IMG/VR virus record: IMGVR_UViG_3300042860_000278
Direction: 5' to 3' (one strand)
From: an uncultured virus (IMG/VR IMGVR_UViG_3300042860_000278)
Taxonomy: Duplodnaviria; Heunggongvirae; Uroviricota; Caudoviricetes
Length of the DNA stretch: 28,377 nt
Shown: piece after piece, positions 18,156-26,423 of the stretch
Layout: the number at the start of each line of letters is the position of its first letter
How positions within the stretch are numbered: the stretch's first letter is position 1
Program-made: the position numbers and the translations under genes
The notes under the pieces: generated by a model
What the model was told of the DNA's origin: nothing
The model's input: the letters and a program-made list of their open reading frames with translations, nothing else
Database searches by the model: none

Positions 18156-18512
18156 CTAAAAGATCAAGACCCACAATTGCGTGGCCTCGTCCCATGAATA
18201 CATCTTGCCATCAGTTGGATGCGGAACGGGCGGTTGCCATTTAGCATCGGAATCCAAAGACCAAGATGGGTATGGCTGCGGTGCTACAAATGCATCAATG
18301 TCAGGACGGTAGATGTAACCAATACCTGCATAGTTCTTACGAATGCTGCCGTTGTATGAGGTTTGCTTCCAGTTGCCACCAAACAATTTGGCGCAAAATC
18401 CTGCGCCTACCATCTCTGATTCGTTTCCATCAGCATCAAGACAATCATTGTTGTGAACAACAATAACTCTTAAAACAATGTTGTTTTGATCCAGTTCTGC
18501 AAAGTGAGCCAT
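18156..18512 (-). CDS. Tail-fibre-associated protein (118 aa, MAHFAEL family)
   Basis: WKQTSYN...RKNYAGIGY...FVAPQPYPSW...YSWDE motifs; typically adjacent to Gly-rich genes (recalled, not searched). Confidence 0.75.
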   Translation of the reverse strand: MAHFAELDQNNIVLRVIVVHNNDCLDADGNESEMVGAGFCAKLFGGNWKQTSYNGSIRKNYAGIGYIYRPDIDAFVAPQPYPSWSLDSDAKWQPPVPHPTDGKMYSWDEATQLWVLIF

Positions 18513-18521
18513 GTTTTAGCC

Positions 18522-19436
18522 TCAAAATGTAATGGAGCCGCTGGCAGTCCATGTATAAATGCGATAACCGCCGCTTGTAGTTACAGTAGGCGATCCGGTC
18601 GTTGAAACTGCGGCTTGGTAACTTTCCAAATATCTAATAATCACGATACCAGAGCCACCATTACCACCTGACGCGGCTGTTTCAAAACCGCCAGCACCAC
18701 CACCGCCACCACCTCGGTTTGCAGTTCCTGCAGTAGCGGTGCTAGCCGGATTACCACCACCACCGTTACCACCACCGCCAGCACCACCGGTGCCGCCAGC
18801 CGAGTTGCCGCCGCCGCCACCACCACCCGCGTAAGTAACAGACGATCCAGAAATGCTAGACGCCGTTCCTGCGCCACCGTTGCCGCCCGTTGCAGGGTTG
18901 CCGGTTGCATCAGCGCCAACCGCGCTCGCACCGCCGCCGCCGCCGCCGCCAGCGCCCGGCTGTTTGCCTAGACCACCGTTATTACCTTGTCCTGATGTTC
19001 CCGCGCCGCCCGAAGTCGTTGGTGAGGAGTCGCCGCCGCCGCCGCCGCCGCCAGAACCACCACCTAAACCGTTTTGCTGGTTTGGTACGCCGTAACCACC
19101 ACCACCGCCGCCGGTGCTAGTAATAGAACTAAAAACAGAATTAGAACCATTTGAGCCATTTGTTTGCGTGGGGGACGTTCCACCTGCGCCGCCTCCACCT
19201 ACGGTCACGGTGATAGCACTGCCTGCCGTTACAGCAAGCCCCGTCGCCGTTCTGAATCCACCGGCACCGCCGCCACCGCCGGTGTTTTTACCACCGCCAC
19301 CGCCGCCACCCGCAACAACAAGATACTCCACATTTGGAGTAATTACGGTCGGCCAGTTGCTTCCCATTAACGCATTTCGGACTTCCATTAAGTCCCAGAT
19401 GCCATCTGCGCTTGTAGTACTTGGAAACTGCGCCAT
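18522..19436 (-). CDS. Glycine-rich domain protein, paralog of 16831-17658 (304 aa)
   Basis: Same VEYLVVAGGGGG and GGSGIVIIRY...SGSITF framework. Confidence 0.82.
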   Translation of the reverse strand: MAQFPSTTSADGIWDLMEVRNALMGSNWPTVITPNVEYLVVAGGGGGGGKNTGGGGGAGGFRTATGLAVTAGSAITVTVGGGGAGGTSPTQTNGSNGSNSVFSSITSTGGGGGGYGVPNQQNGLGGGSGGGGGGGDSSPTTSGGAGTSGQGNNGGLGKQPGAGGGGGGGASAVGADATGNPATGGNGGAGTASSISGSSVTYAGGGGGGGNSAGGTGGAGGGGNGGGGNPASTATAGTANRGGGGGGAGGFETAASGGNGGSGIVIIRYLESYQAAVSTTGSPTVTTSGGYRIYTWTASGSITF

Positions 19437-19789
19437 TACGATATCTCCTCGTAACTACACACAGCCTCAAGATCGCCTGACGCACTAGCGGTTAAACGTA
19501 ATGAATCGCCTTCTTCTAAATATATAGATTTTGTTAAAACATCCAGAGAACCATCTGCCGGAACGGTGACAGTTTTGGCAATGTGATACGCCGTTGATGA
19601 ACGAAACACATCAACATTGACGGTTGCATTTACCGTTCCGTCAACATTAGCAATATACAAAGCGTTAATTTTCAAAACTTTTCCGCTCGCGGCACTGTTG
19701 CTGACAATGGCAGAAGCACTTGTTGTAATCGCCTGTACGGCGGTTTTGCCGTAAATAGACGTTACATTGACAATATTTGGATTCGCCAT
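19436..19789 (-). CDS. Tail-fibre adaptor-like protein (117 aa, MANPNIVN family)
   Basis: ATG at 19789 follows GGAGG and the upstream stop, preferred to the ORF-track start at 19834; IYLEEGDSL...CSYEEIS C-terminus. Confidence 0.75.
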   Translation of the reverse strand: MANPNIVNVTSIYGKTAVQAITTSASAIVSNSAASGKVLKINALYIANVDGTVNATVNVDVFRSSTAYHIAKTVTVPADGSLDVLTKSIYLEEGDSLRLTASASGDLEAVCSYEEIS

Positions 19790-19793
19790 TTCA

Positions 19794-21266
19794 TCAACCT
19801 CCGAACACAATCGAAATTGCGATTGCCTTCCCAACCGTTGCTATCGTACCGCCGCCGCTGCCAGATGCCTGATTGATCACCATCCAAGTCTGACCTGCCG
19901 GAACTGTGACGTTGTATCCGGGTGAAATAGTCACAGGACCTACACTTAAACCATTCTTGCCGGTAGTCAGCGTGTAATTTTGATCAATCGTGATTTCCGA
20001 TTCTAAGATCGGACCATCCACAGCAGTCGAAGAAATTGTAAAACTAGGGTATCCGCCACCAACAGCGATTCCCGTTCCTGCTGAGATTGTGACTGACTGA
20101 TTCGGGGCCGTGTTGGTGATGCTAAAACTGGGATACGTTCCTGTAACACTGATTGCAGTGCTGCCCGTTAATACAACGGTTTGGTCAGGAGCCGTGTTGG
20201 TGATGGTGATGGAACCCGGCGCGTTAGCAACGCTAATTCCGGTGCCAGACTTGAGTGTATTTAAACTATATCCAGTGCCATTACCCGTCAGCAATTCACC
20301 GCTGGCTGGCGCTGTAGAAATTCCAGTACCACCGTTCGGAACTGTAACCGGAGTCTGCAACGAGATGGTAGGACCACTGATAGTGATTCCATTGCCACCA
20401 GCATAGATCTGCGTGGATGAGACTTGGACAAAGTTGATGGCGGTCGTTCCAAAGACAATCGTTCCCGTCGTGTTGCAGACGTAAGTTTCACCGGCTCCGG
20501 TGTTACCCGAAGTGATGAAGAACGCATCGCCCGAACCCAAGCCATTGGGATCTTTCAACGCATAACTGTCCGCATCAGCAGCACGAGTCAGCACCCACGC
20601 AGTTGATCCATTGCCAACCGTGGTGACCGTGTAAACGCCATTTTCAAAAGCGTTGGTCTGGTTATAGACCAGAATGCGATCACTGATCGTGGCAGTCGTG
20701 CCATCCGGAACAAACGCTGCTAGCGTTCCTGCATTCGTCAGGGTTGCGCTGACACCAGCGGTTCCGTTGTTGTAAGTCGCAACAAGATTTCCCGTGGAAT
20801 CAGGAACTTCGTACTTAACCGGAGTATGGTAGGTAATACCACTGGCTACCAGATCATCAACGTACTGCTTATTGACCGCATCGCCAGCAACAACCGGAGT
20901 TGCAACATCCGTAATCGTGCCGGAGTTCGCACTGATCGTTCCGGACTCAGTAAAGAAAACCGACTTGCCAGCAGGATAGGTAACGAAGACCTGCTTAGTA
21001 CCTGCGGAGAATCCAACCTTGGCTCCGCCTGCGCTAGAGGCTAAGACCGTATCGCGGGAAAGCGTGTCACCTACCGAGGTGTAGGTGCCGATACCGACTT
21101 CCCATTCGGTCGCGCTTTGAGAGGCTATCGTGTAATAGGTTTGGTTCCCGTTACCAACGCCTGTCGAAAAGCCTTGATATCCGACACTCGCACCGGCAAG
21201 CGAAATGGTTCCACTACCTGAGGTGGTAGTGGTTTCTAGGACGCGATCCGCAAGTACGAGGGCCAT
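19794..21266 (-). CDS. Tail fibre protein (490 aa)
   Basis: MALVLADRVLETTTTSGSG anchor, DAVNKQYVD, NQTNAFENGVY...WVLTRAAD, and AGTGISV-type shaft repeats. Confidence 0.85.
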   Translation of the reverse strand: MALVLADRVLETTTTSGSGTISLAGASVGYQGFSTGVGNGNQTYYTIASQSATEWEVGIGTYTSVGDTLSRDTVLASSAGGAKVGFSAGTKQVFVTYPAGKSVFFTESGTISANSGTITDVATPVVAGDAVNKQYVDDLVASGITYHTPVKYEVPDSTGNLVATYNNGTAGVSATLTNAGTLAAFVPDGTTATISDRILVYNQTNAFENGVYTVTTVGNGSTAWVLTRAADADSYALKDPNGLGSGDAFFITSGNTGAGETYVCNTTGTIVFGTTAINFVQVSSTQIYAGGNGITISGPTISLQTPVTVPNGGTGISTAPASGELLTGNGTGYSLNTLKSGTGISVANAPGSITITNTAPDQTVVLTGSTAISVTGTYPSFSITNTAPNQSVTISAGTGIAVGGGYPSFTISSTAVDGPILESEITIDQNYTLTTGKNGLSVGPVTISPGYNVTVPAGQTWMVINQASGSGGGTIATVGKAIAISIVFGG

Positions 21267-21278
21267 GTAAACCCCCGA

Positions 21279-21734
21279 TTAAGCAATACGCAGGATCGCA
21301 GTCGAAGCGGCAGCGGCAGGGAACTGAATCGTGAAGTTACCAGCGGTAGAGGTTTTATCTCCACCGAACGCCAGCACCGCCACAGCCTTGTTGCTCTGGG
21401 TAGCGTTGTAGATCAACGCGCCATTCGCCGTCAGGGTAGCACTGGGGAACGTCAGGTCATCAAAGTCCAAGAACGCCGTCGTGCCAGTCGAAGTCGGCAC
21501 CTGCGAGATCGTCAGCGTCAAGCCGCCAGCCGGGTAGTTCGTGCCAGACGAGGAGACCTCATCCGTAACCGTATACGCCGTGGTCGAAGCGCCAAGAGTT
21601 GCCGACGAAGTGTACAGCGCAAGCTTGAACGTATCCGCAGCCGCCGAAGCGCGAATCACGCCTGAACCAAAGTTGTGTACCCCATCAAGGATTTCTACCT
21701 TGAACGAAGTCACCATTGCTTGAGTGATAGCCAT
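21279..21734 (-). CDS. Conserved virion structural protein (151 aa)
   Basis: MAITQAMVTSFKVEIL...FKLALYTSSATL...GALIYN...FGGDKTST...FTIQFP motif set. Confidence 0.75.
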   Translation of the reverse strand: MAITQAMVTSFKVEILDGVHNFGSGVIRASAAADTFKLALYTSSATLGASTTAYTVTDEVSSSGTNYPAGGLTLTISQVPTSTGTTAFLDFDDLTFPSATLTANGALIYNATQSNKAVAVLAFGGDKTSTAGNFTIQFPAAAASTAILRIA

Positions 21735-21982
21735 TAGAGGTCTCCAATTAAGTGTGCGATTTCCGCATAGCCCTGTTTATCTAACTTCTTGCATATCGTC
21801 TCACGTTCAGCCATTTGAGCCTCAGTGAGGTATTTTACCAACCAATAGTGCAGGGCTTCCTTCGTATCTACGCGAAGAATACGGTTAGCCGCACGCTCCG
21901 CAATCTCTTCTACAGTGTGTTCCCGATGATTAGTCGTCTGCACCAGAACCTGCCCAATTTGAACTTCTGCGCTAAACATCAC
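21734..21982 (-). CDS. Hypothetical phage protein (82 aa)
   Basis: Coupled on both sides; VQTTNHREHTVEEIAE motif. Confidence 0.75.
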   Translation of the reverse strand: MMFSAEVQIGQVLVQTTNHREHTVEEIAERAANRILRVDTKEALHYWLVKYLTEAQMAERETICKKLDKQGYAEIAHLIGDL

Positions 21983-22620
21983 GAAACCACCGGAATTCTA
22001 ACCTGACCAGAACGGTATGCATCCTGACGGTTCAAGCCATCACCCAGTCTCATCAACTGTTGTAAGGCTTCCTGATACTTCTGCTCGTAGTACTGCATCA
22101 TGTCCTGTTCACCCTTGAGGTAGATATAACCTTCACGGATTGCACCGTAGAGCAGAACAGTTTCAAAGTTAGTACCGAGCCAAGACGTACCAACGTCCAC
22201 AATCGAAGCCGGGTAATAGTAATAATGCAACTCGGCTGTGTACGCGAGATCTGGCGCAGGGCCAAGAATCATCGTGTTGTCATCCCAAATCGCATAGTAC
22301 TCAGGCAACCCAGTATCGTCCGCGTCGGGATACGACTGGCGAATGAAGTTCACATCCTTATTCAGCAGGTATGTGTACTCGTTGTTTGCTGGGTTGAACA
22401 CAGCCAAAGAGAATGTCGAAAGCCAGTCAGACGGCAAGGACATGTACTTGTTCCCAATCGTCATCGTGGCAGTCGAGTTCTTACGGATGGCCGGAATCTG
22501 AACGGAGTTATAAATCCGTTCTTCAGCTAACTGCACGAACGTAGGAATATTGGCTACGAAGGAGGTCTCCGTAGACTCGCAATATTGCTGAATCAGTGTA
22601 GAAAGCTGAGAGTAATTCAC
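21979..22620 (-). CDS. Head-tail adaptor-like protein (213 aa)
   Basis: NYSQL...FVQLAEERI, LPSDW, GLPEYYA, GPAPD...ELHYY and LLYGAIREG motifs. Confidence 0.7.
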   Translation of the reverse strand: MNYSQLSTLIQQYCESTETSFVANIPTFVQLAEERIYNSVQIPAIRKNSTATMTIGNKYMSLPSDWLSTFSLAVFNPANNEYTYLLNKDVNFIRQSYPDADDTGLPEYYAIWDDNTMILGPAPDLAYTAELHYYYYPASIVDVGTSWLGTNFETVLLYGAIREGYIYLKGEQDMMQYYEQKYQEALQQLMRLGDGLNRQDAYRSGQVRIPVVS

Positions 22621-22814
22621 GGAGACCAGCCCGACCGGTATTTCATGTTGGTATCAAGGTTAATCTGCGACACAAACTTTTTACCCTTCGTCGCAGCACC
22701 GGCACCCTTCATATCCATGTGGGTGACGCCCTTGTTCACATCCTTCTCCGGGTAACCATTACGTCCCGTCGAATCGGTGTTCGGCCGGATCTTGCCGGGA
22801 TTTAATTCTTTCAT
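22617..22814 (-). CDS. Small basic protein (65 aa) with KGAGAATKG motif
   Basis: Coupled ORF; motif resembles the C-termini of the basic-protein cluster. Confidence 0.7.
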   Translation of the reverse strand: MKELNPGKIRPNTDSTGRNGYPEKDVNKGVTHMDMKGAGAATKGKKFVSQINLDTNMKYRSGWSP

Positions 22815-22819
22815 GGCAC

Positions 22820-22999
22820 TTACCTCGGGCCAGAAGACTTACGAACCGGGCTACGCTGATTCATGACTTTCGCCATGTTGCGCCCGTATTTCTTCATCTC
22901 AAGATTGGTTTTACCGCCAGCACGAAGGCTGACTCGCCCCGGACCGTGAGCCTTATTCGCCGGAAGCTCTGCGTGTTTTTCAAGTTTGCTCTTAGCCAT
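22820..22999 (-). CDS. Small basic protein (59 aa), not in the ORF track
   Basis: Hand translation MAKSKLEKHAELPANKAHGPGRVSLRAGGKTNLEMKKYGRNMAKVMNQRSPVRKSSGPR*; AGGAG SD; fills the intergenic gap. Confidence 0.8.
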   Translation of the reverse strand: MAKSKLEKHAELPANKAHGPGRVSLRAGGKTNLEMKKYGRNMAKVMNQRSPVRKSSGPR

Positions 23000-23008
23000 C
23001 TCAATCTC

Positions 23009-23386
23009 CTAGGTCGTAACGACCGTTACCGTTCCTACTTCGCCAGCCGGAGCCAGCGTGTTCGGAGTTAGTTCCGCATCGAAGGCTCTTGACCCACCGA
23101 CCGGTGCCCAACCCCATTGTATCTGACGACTACCATTGGCACCGTCATTGCCGACCGCAAAGTAGCTCGTATCCGGTCTTGGATTCCGAAGTGCTTGCGG
23201 GTCGTCCACCGGGTACAAACCCAGCGACAACTGCGGCTGATCGGGTTCCCAACACTCGGGGCAGACCAAGATATTCACGTTCTTGGTCTTGATCACAATC
23301 GACTTCAACTGGCGCAGTTTGTATTGAAAACCGCACCGGTCGCACATGGAGATTGCGTTCTTGCCACTTGCAAACCTGTTTGGCAT
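23009..23386 (-). CDS. Zn-ribbon (CxxC...CxxC) phage protein (125 aa)
   Basis: CDRC and CPEC, followed by DPQALRNPRPD. Confidence 0.8.
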   Translation of the reverse strand: MPNRFASGKNAISMCDRCGFQYKLRQLKSIVIKTKNVNILVCPECWEPDQPQLSLGLYPVDDPQALRNPRPDTSYFAVGNDGANGSRQIQWGWAPVGGSRAFDAELTPNTLAPAGEVGTVTVVTT

Positions 23387-24111
23387 TAGTAGCCACCCAA
23401 GAAACTCTCACGTGGGACAAACCGCACCGCTGCCTTTTCTCGGTCCTCGCCAGCCGCCAAATCCCAAGCTTCGTCGTACTGGGCTTTCAACACCTGAGTA
23501 CGTGCATCAGCATTTGGAATTTTCATCGACAACATGTAAGACAGACCTGCGACCAAACACGGTAAGAATCGGAACGGGATATCTTGTCCGTTCACGCCAT
23601 TACCGGGGTCAAACATCCGACGCAAACGGGTGTAGTACAGCGTCCACGTAGTCGAGTTGTCAGGCTTCGGCCAAACCGTAAACTGCGGTTTGACTACCTG
23701 CCCCGCTGCATCCGTAGCACCCGTACGCCGATTGATCCAAATCTGAATCGGGCGACCCGTCGCGTTCTTGTTCGGGATCGACACGTAGGTGCTGGACGAG
23801 ATACGGCTGATGTTGATGTCCTGCTGGTTTGTGCCAGAGCCAGTCCGGATCACATGGTCAAGCAGGTCAACCGTGTCAGCATCAAGATCGTACGTACCGA
23901 CGTTGTAAGTCAGCGTCTTGGTGCCTTCCTCTAGCGTCCAGAGGTTAATGCCTCGGTTTGACCAGTCCATCAGGAGCAGGGCAAGACTACGCTTAGCCGT
24001 ACGGAAGTCGTAACCCGTACGGAGTTCAGCACCGCACCGCTCGAACGCCTCTTCGATAATCGTGTTGAGGTCGAGGTTAAAGTCGGTGGTAGCAGTAGTC
24101 TTGTAGGCCAT
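23386..24111 (-). CDS. Head-tail adaptor / tail tubular protein A-like (241 aa)
   Basis: IIEEAFERCG...RSLALLLMDWSNRGINLW, IPNKNATGRP, and DIPFRFLPCLVAGLSY motifs. Confidence 0.7.
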   Translation of the reverse strand: MAYKTTATTDFNLDLNTIIEEAFERCGAELRTGYDFRTAKRSLALLLMDWSNRGINLWTLEEGTKTLTYNVGTYDLDADTVDLLDHVIRTGSGTNQQDINISRISSSTYVSIPNKNATGRPIQIWINRRTGATDAAGQVVKPQFTVWPKPDNSTTWTLYYTRLRRMFDPGNGVNGQDIPFRFLPCLVAGLSYMLSMKIPNADARTQVLKAQYDEAWDLAAGEDREKAAVRFVPRESFLGGY

Positions 24112-24524
24112 TACTTCCTCGCTGTCACTACGTCGTCACCTTTGGTGACGGTGACATGATCGCCTTCTACATCAACCCGCATCGGCTGTTCCTTTCGGTC
24201 CAGCTTATCGAGCTTCTTGATGAGTTCGTTAATAACTGCAAACTCAGGCTTCTCTTCTTTCTCAACCGTGCCTGCAATCCCGTTCAGCATCGAAATCAAC
24301 GCAGTCAAAGACGCGCCAAGCAAGCCCATCACGGCGGCAATCTTGTCGTTGTCCAAGAAGAGACTAGAAACAACACCAATCACGACGATAGCCGTAATGT
24401 ACTTCAGGCCGTCTTTGCCGATAGCTTTACCAGCAACAGTCTTCGCAGACGCCTTGGCTTCAAGCCGATTTAACTCGGCCTGAACCTGCTCTTTGAACAT
24501 TTCGATGTCGTGTGGCTCAGTCAC
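24111..24524 (-). CDS. Two-TM membrane protein (137 aa)
   Basis: YITAIVVIGVVSSLFL and IAAVMGLLGASLTALISML hydrophobic segments. Confidence 0.72.
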   Translation of the reverse strand: MTEPHDIEMFKEQVQAELNRLEAKASAKTVAGKAIGKDGLKYITAIVVIGVVSSLFLDNDKIAAVMGLLGASLTALISMLNGIAGTVEKEEKPEFAVINELIKKLDKLDRKEQPMRVDVEGDHVTVTKGDDVVTARK

Positions 24525-24527
24525 TTC

Positions 24528-24773
24528 TTACTTGCCCCTTTGACGATACGCACGGGTTTTTTGCGAGATGCCTTTGGGCTGCGCGACGAACTGCTTGCCT
24601 TGGGCTTTTCCTTTTCGCTTGGCGGCAGTGGTTCGGGCGTACTCAGTAGGGCTGAGAGCTTTAATCGCAGCCTCTGGTAGATATCTTTCACCCGTGTCAG
24701 AAGATCGTTTACCACTCTTTGTCCTCCACTTCTGGGCAGTCCATGCCTTTAACGACTGCTGCGGAGCCTTCAT
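24528..24773 (-). CDS. Small basic protein, DUF5872-like C-terminal half (81 aa)
   Basis: QQSLKAWTAQKWRTKSG...GERYLP...KQFVAQP; family recalled from memory. Confidence 0.65.
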   Translation of the reverse strand: MKAPQQSLKAWTAQKWRTKSGKRSSDTGERYLPEAAIKALSPTEYARTTAAKRKGKAQGKQFVAQPKGISQKTRAYRQRGK

Positions 24774-25234
24774 GACTTGTACCCGCCGCCTTTTTCCTTG
24801 TACCGCTTAGCCAGTAACTGCGCTTTTCTCGCGCTCCACTGCCCTGCTGCAGTACCCTGAACCGCGCTATTTTTAATACTGTTGAACAAAGCTTTACGCA
24901 TTCCGGGCTTGGTGTAATTACCGGCTTCATTGACTTTGCTCTTAACTTTACCGCCTTTGGCGTAAGACGACTCTTCTTCTCTCATGACCTTGAGAAGCTC
25001 ACCACCACCCATCGTCCGCATCATCTCTCTGGCAGTATCTTCGTCGCCATATCTTTTAATTAAAGCCTTTAGGATGCGGGCGTTGTATTGAGTGTAGTCA
25101 TCTTTTGCGGTTCCGCCTTCCTTGAAAGTGCGGATGGGCTTACCCGTCCCGATCACAGGCTTGCTATCCCCACGGCGCTTGGCCCTAGGGACTTTGTTTT
25201 TAGCAATCGCGCCCATGCCTCGGGAGGGGAGCAT
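24770..25234 (-). CDS. Basic protein with DUF5872-like N-terminal-half motif (154 aa)
   Basis: NYTKPGMRK...GQWSARKAQLLAKRYKEKGGGY; also FKEGG and YAKGG motifs. Confidence 0.7.
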   Translation of the reverse strand: MLPSRGMGAIAKNKVPRAKRRGDSKPVIGTGKPIRTFKEGGTAKDDYTQYNARILKALIKRYGDEDTAREMMRTMGGGELLKVMREEESSYAKGGKVKSKVNEAGNYTKPGMRKALFNSIKNSAVQGTAAGQWSARKAQLLAKRYKEKGGGYKS

Positions 25235-26052
25235 TAGACGTACTTCCCTCGGGTCTTGCCACGAAGTGCGATGCCGTCAGCGCGACGTGAAGCGGATGAG
25301 CGAACTGAGCCGCCCTTCTTGTATCCCCCCGCCATATCCGCCGCCAACTTATCGTCGAGCATCTTCTCGACCTTCTCCCGCATACGCTTGGGCGACTTTT
25401 CACGCGCCGCTGCTGCAGCTTCTCGTGCGCGGTAACGCTCAGAGAACGAAGGAATGCCCTTCTGGGCAGCACTGCGACCAGCCGACTCAGAAGCCTTGTC
25501 AGCAGCCGTACGGAACTGTCCCGCCGTTCTACGATACGGAGCACCTAAAGTAGCACCCAGCTTCGCTGCACCCGCAGTCATGGCAATATCTTTGGCGTAG
25601 CCACGAGCCTTTTCAGCACGCTCATCAGCAGACATACCCGTCTGCTCAGCCTGACTGCGGTAGCCCGAAGCACGGTCGCTCGGCAGCTCACCGCTACGGG
25701 AAGCCCGAGAAATCGCTGCGCTGGCCCGCTTAGCCGTCACCTGCTCGCCAATCCGGCGATTGCTGGCTTCGGTCTCTTCTGCCGACGCACGGCGACCACC
25801 ACGAGTAGAAGGCCCTCGCGAAGAAGGCATTGAGGTGTCGCTCATCACACGACGACTCGTAGGCGACATGAACTCGTCCGGAGTTAACTGACGCGCAGGC
25901 GTTTCTGCCGACCGGCCGCGCAACTGCTCCAGTAACTTTAAATTGCCTTCCATCGTCTTAGGACGATTTTTGTAAGCCTCCGGATCAAGTCGGCGGATTT
26001 CCGCACCAACTTTGCCGTACCGCTCTTCGTCAGTCATTCTCTTTGAAGCCAT
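25234..26052 (-). CDS. Arg/Ala/Ser-rich basic protein (272 aa)
   Basis: Ends YKKGGSVRSSASRRADGIALRGKTRGKYV. Confidence 0.8.
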   Translation of the reverse strand: MASKRMTDEERYGKVGAEIRRLDPEAYKNRPKTMEGNLKLLEQLRGRSAETPARQLTPDEFMSPTSRRVMSDTSMPSSRGPSTRGGRRASAEETEASNRRIGEQVTAKRASAAISRASRSGELPSDRASGYRSQAEQTGMSADERAEKARGYAKDIAMTAGAAKLGATLGAPYRRTAGQFRTAADKASESAGRSAAQKGIPSFSERYRAREAAAAAREKSPKRMREKVEKMLDDKLAADMAGGYKKGGSVRSSASRRADGIALRGKTRGKYV

Positions 26053-26054
26053 GA

Positions 26055-26423
26055 TTACACCATTTTGCCTCGGGTTTTACCGCGAACGGCGATGCCATCA
26101 GCTCGCTTAGAAGCTGAAGACTTAACAGCGCCACCCTTTTTAAAGACCCCTCGGCCTTTCAGAACGTCAGCGCGAGTAATCTTGCCGTCGCCCGTTAGGT
26201 CTGGCATTCCCCCCTTAGCCATCTTTTTAACGTTGCCGCCATGCTTCATGCCGATAGTGTCGGCTTCCGGACTCTTCTGAAAGTTCTCGTAGGCTTCGCG
26301 CATCTTCTTAGCCATGTCTTGATCTTTGACGGCTTGAATAGCGGCGGTCTGCTTCTGAGCCGCAGCCTGACCACGAGGACTGGTCGGACCATACGATCCG
26401 CGAGTTTTTGGGCCACTGCTCAT
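26055..26423 (-). CDS. Basic protein (122 aa) with an EF-hand-like loop
   Basis: ATG at 26423 in an ATGA overlap with a GGAG SD, preferred to the TTG at 26429; ends SSASKRADGIAVRGKTRGKMV. Confidence 0.8.
   Translation of the reverse strand: MSSGPKTRGSYGPTSPRGQAAAQKQTAAIQAVKDQDMAKKMREAYENFQKSPEADTIGMKHGGNVKKMAKGGMPDLTGDGKITRADVLKGRGVFKKGGAVKSSASKRADGIAVRGKTRGKMV

Noticed and set aside
16831..19436. Diversity-generating retroelement VR/TR pair in the two Gly-rich gene ends
   Set aside because: Differences are widespread synonymous changes at all four bases rather than adenine-specific; both copies are coding; no reverse transcriptase in the window.
24521..25544. Alternative-frame minus-strand ORFs 24521-24715, 24709-24930 and 25200-25544
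   Set aside because: They overlap motif-bearing genes that already tile the region with coupled starts and stops.
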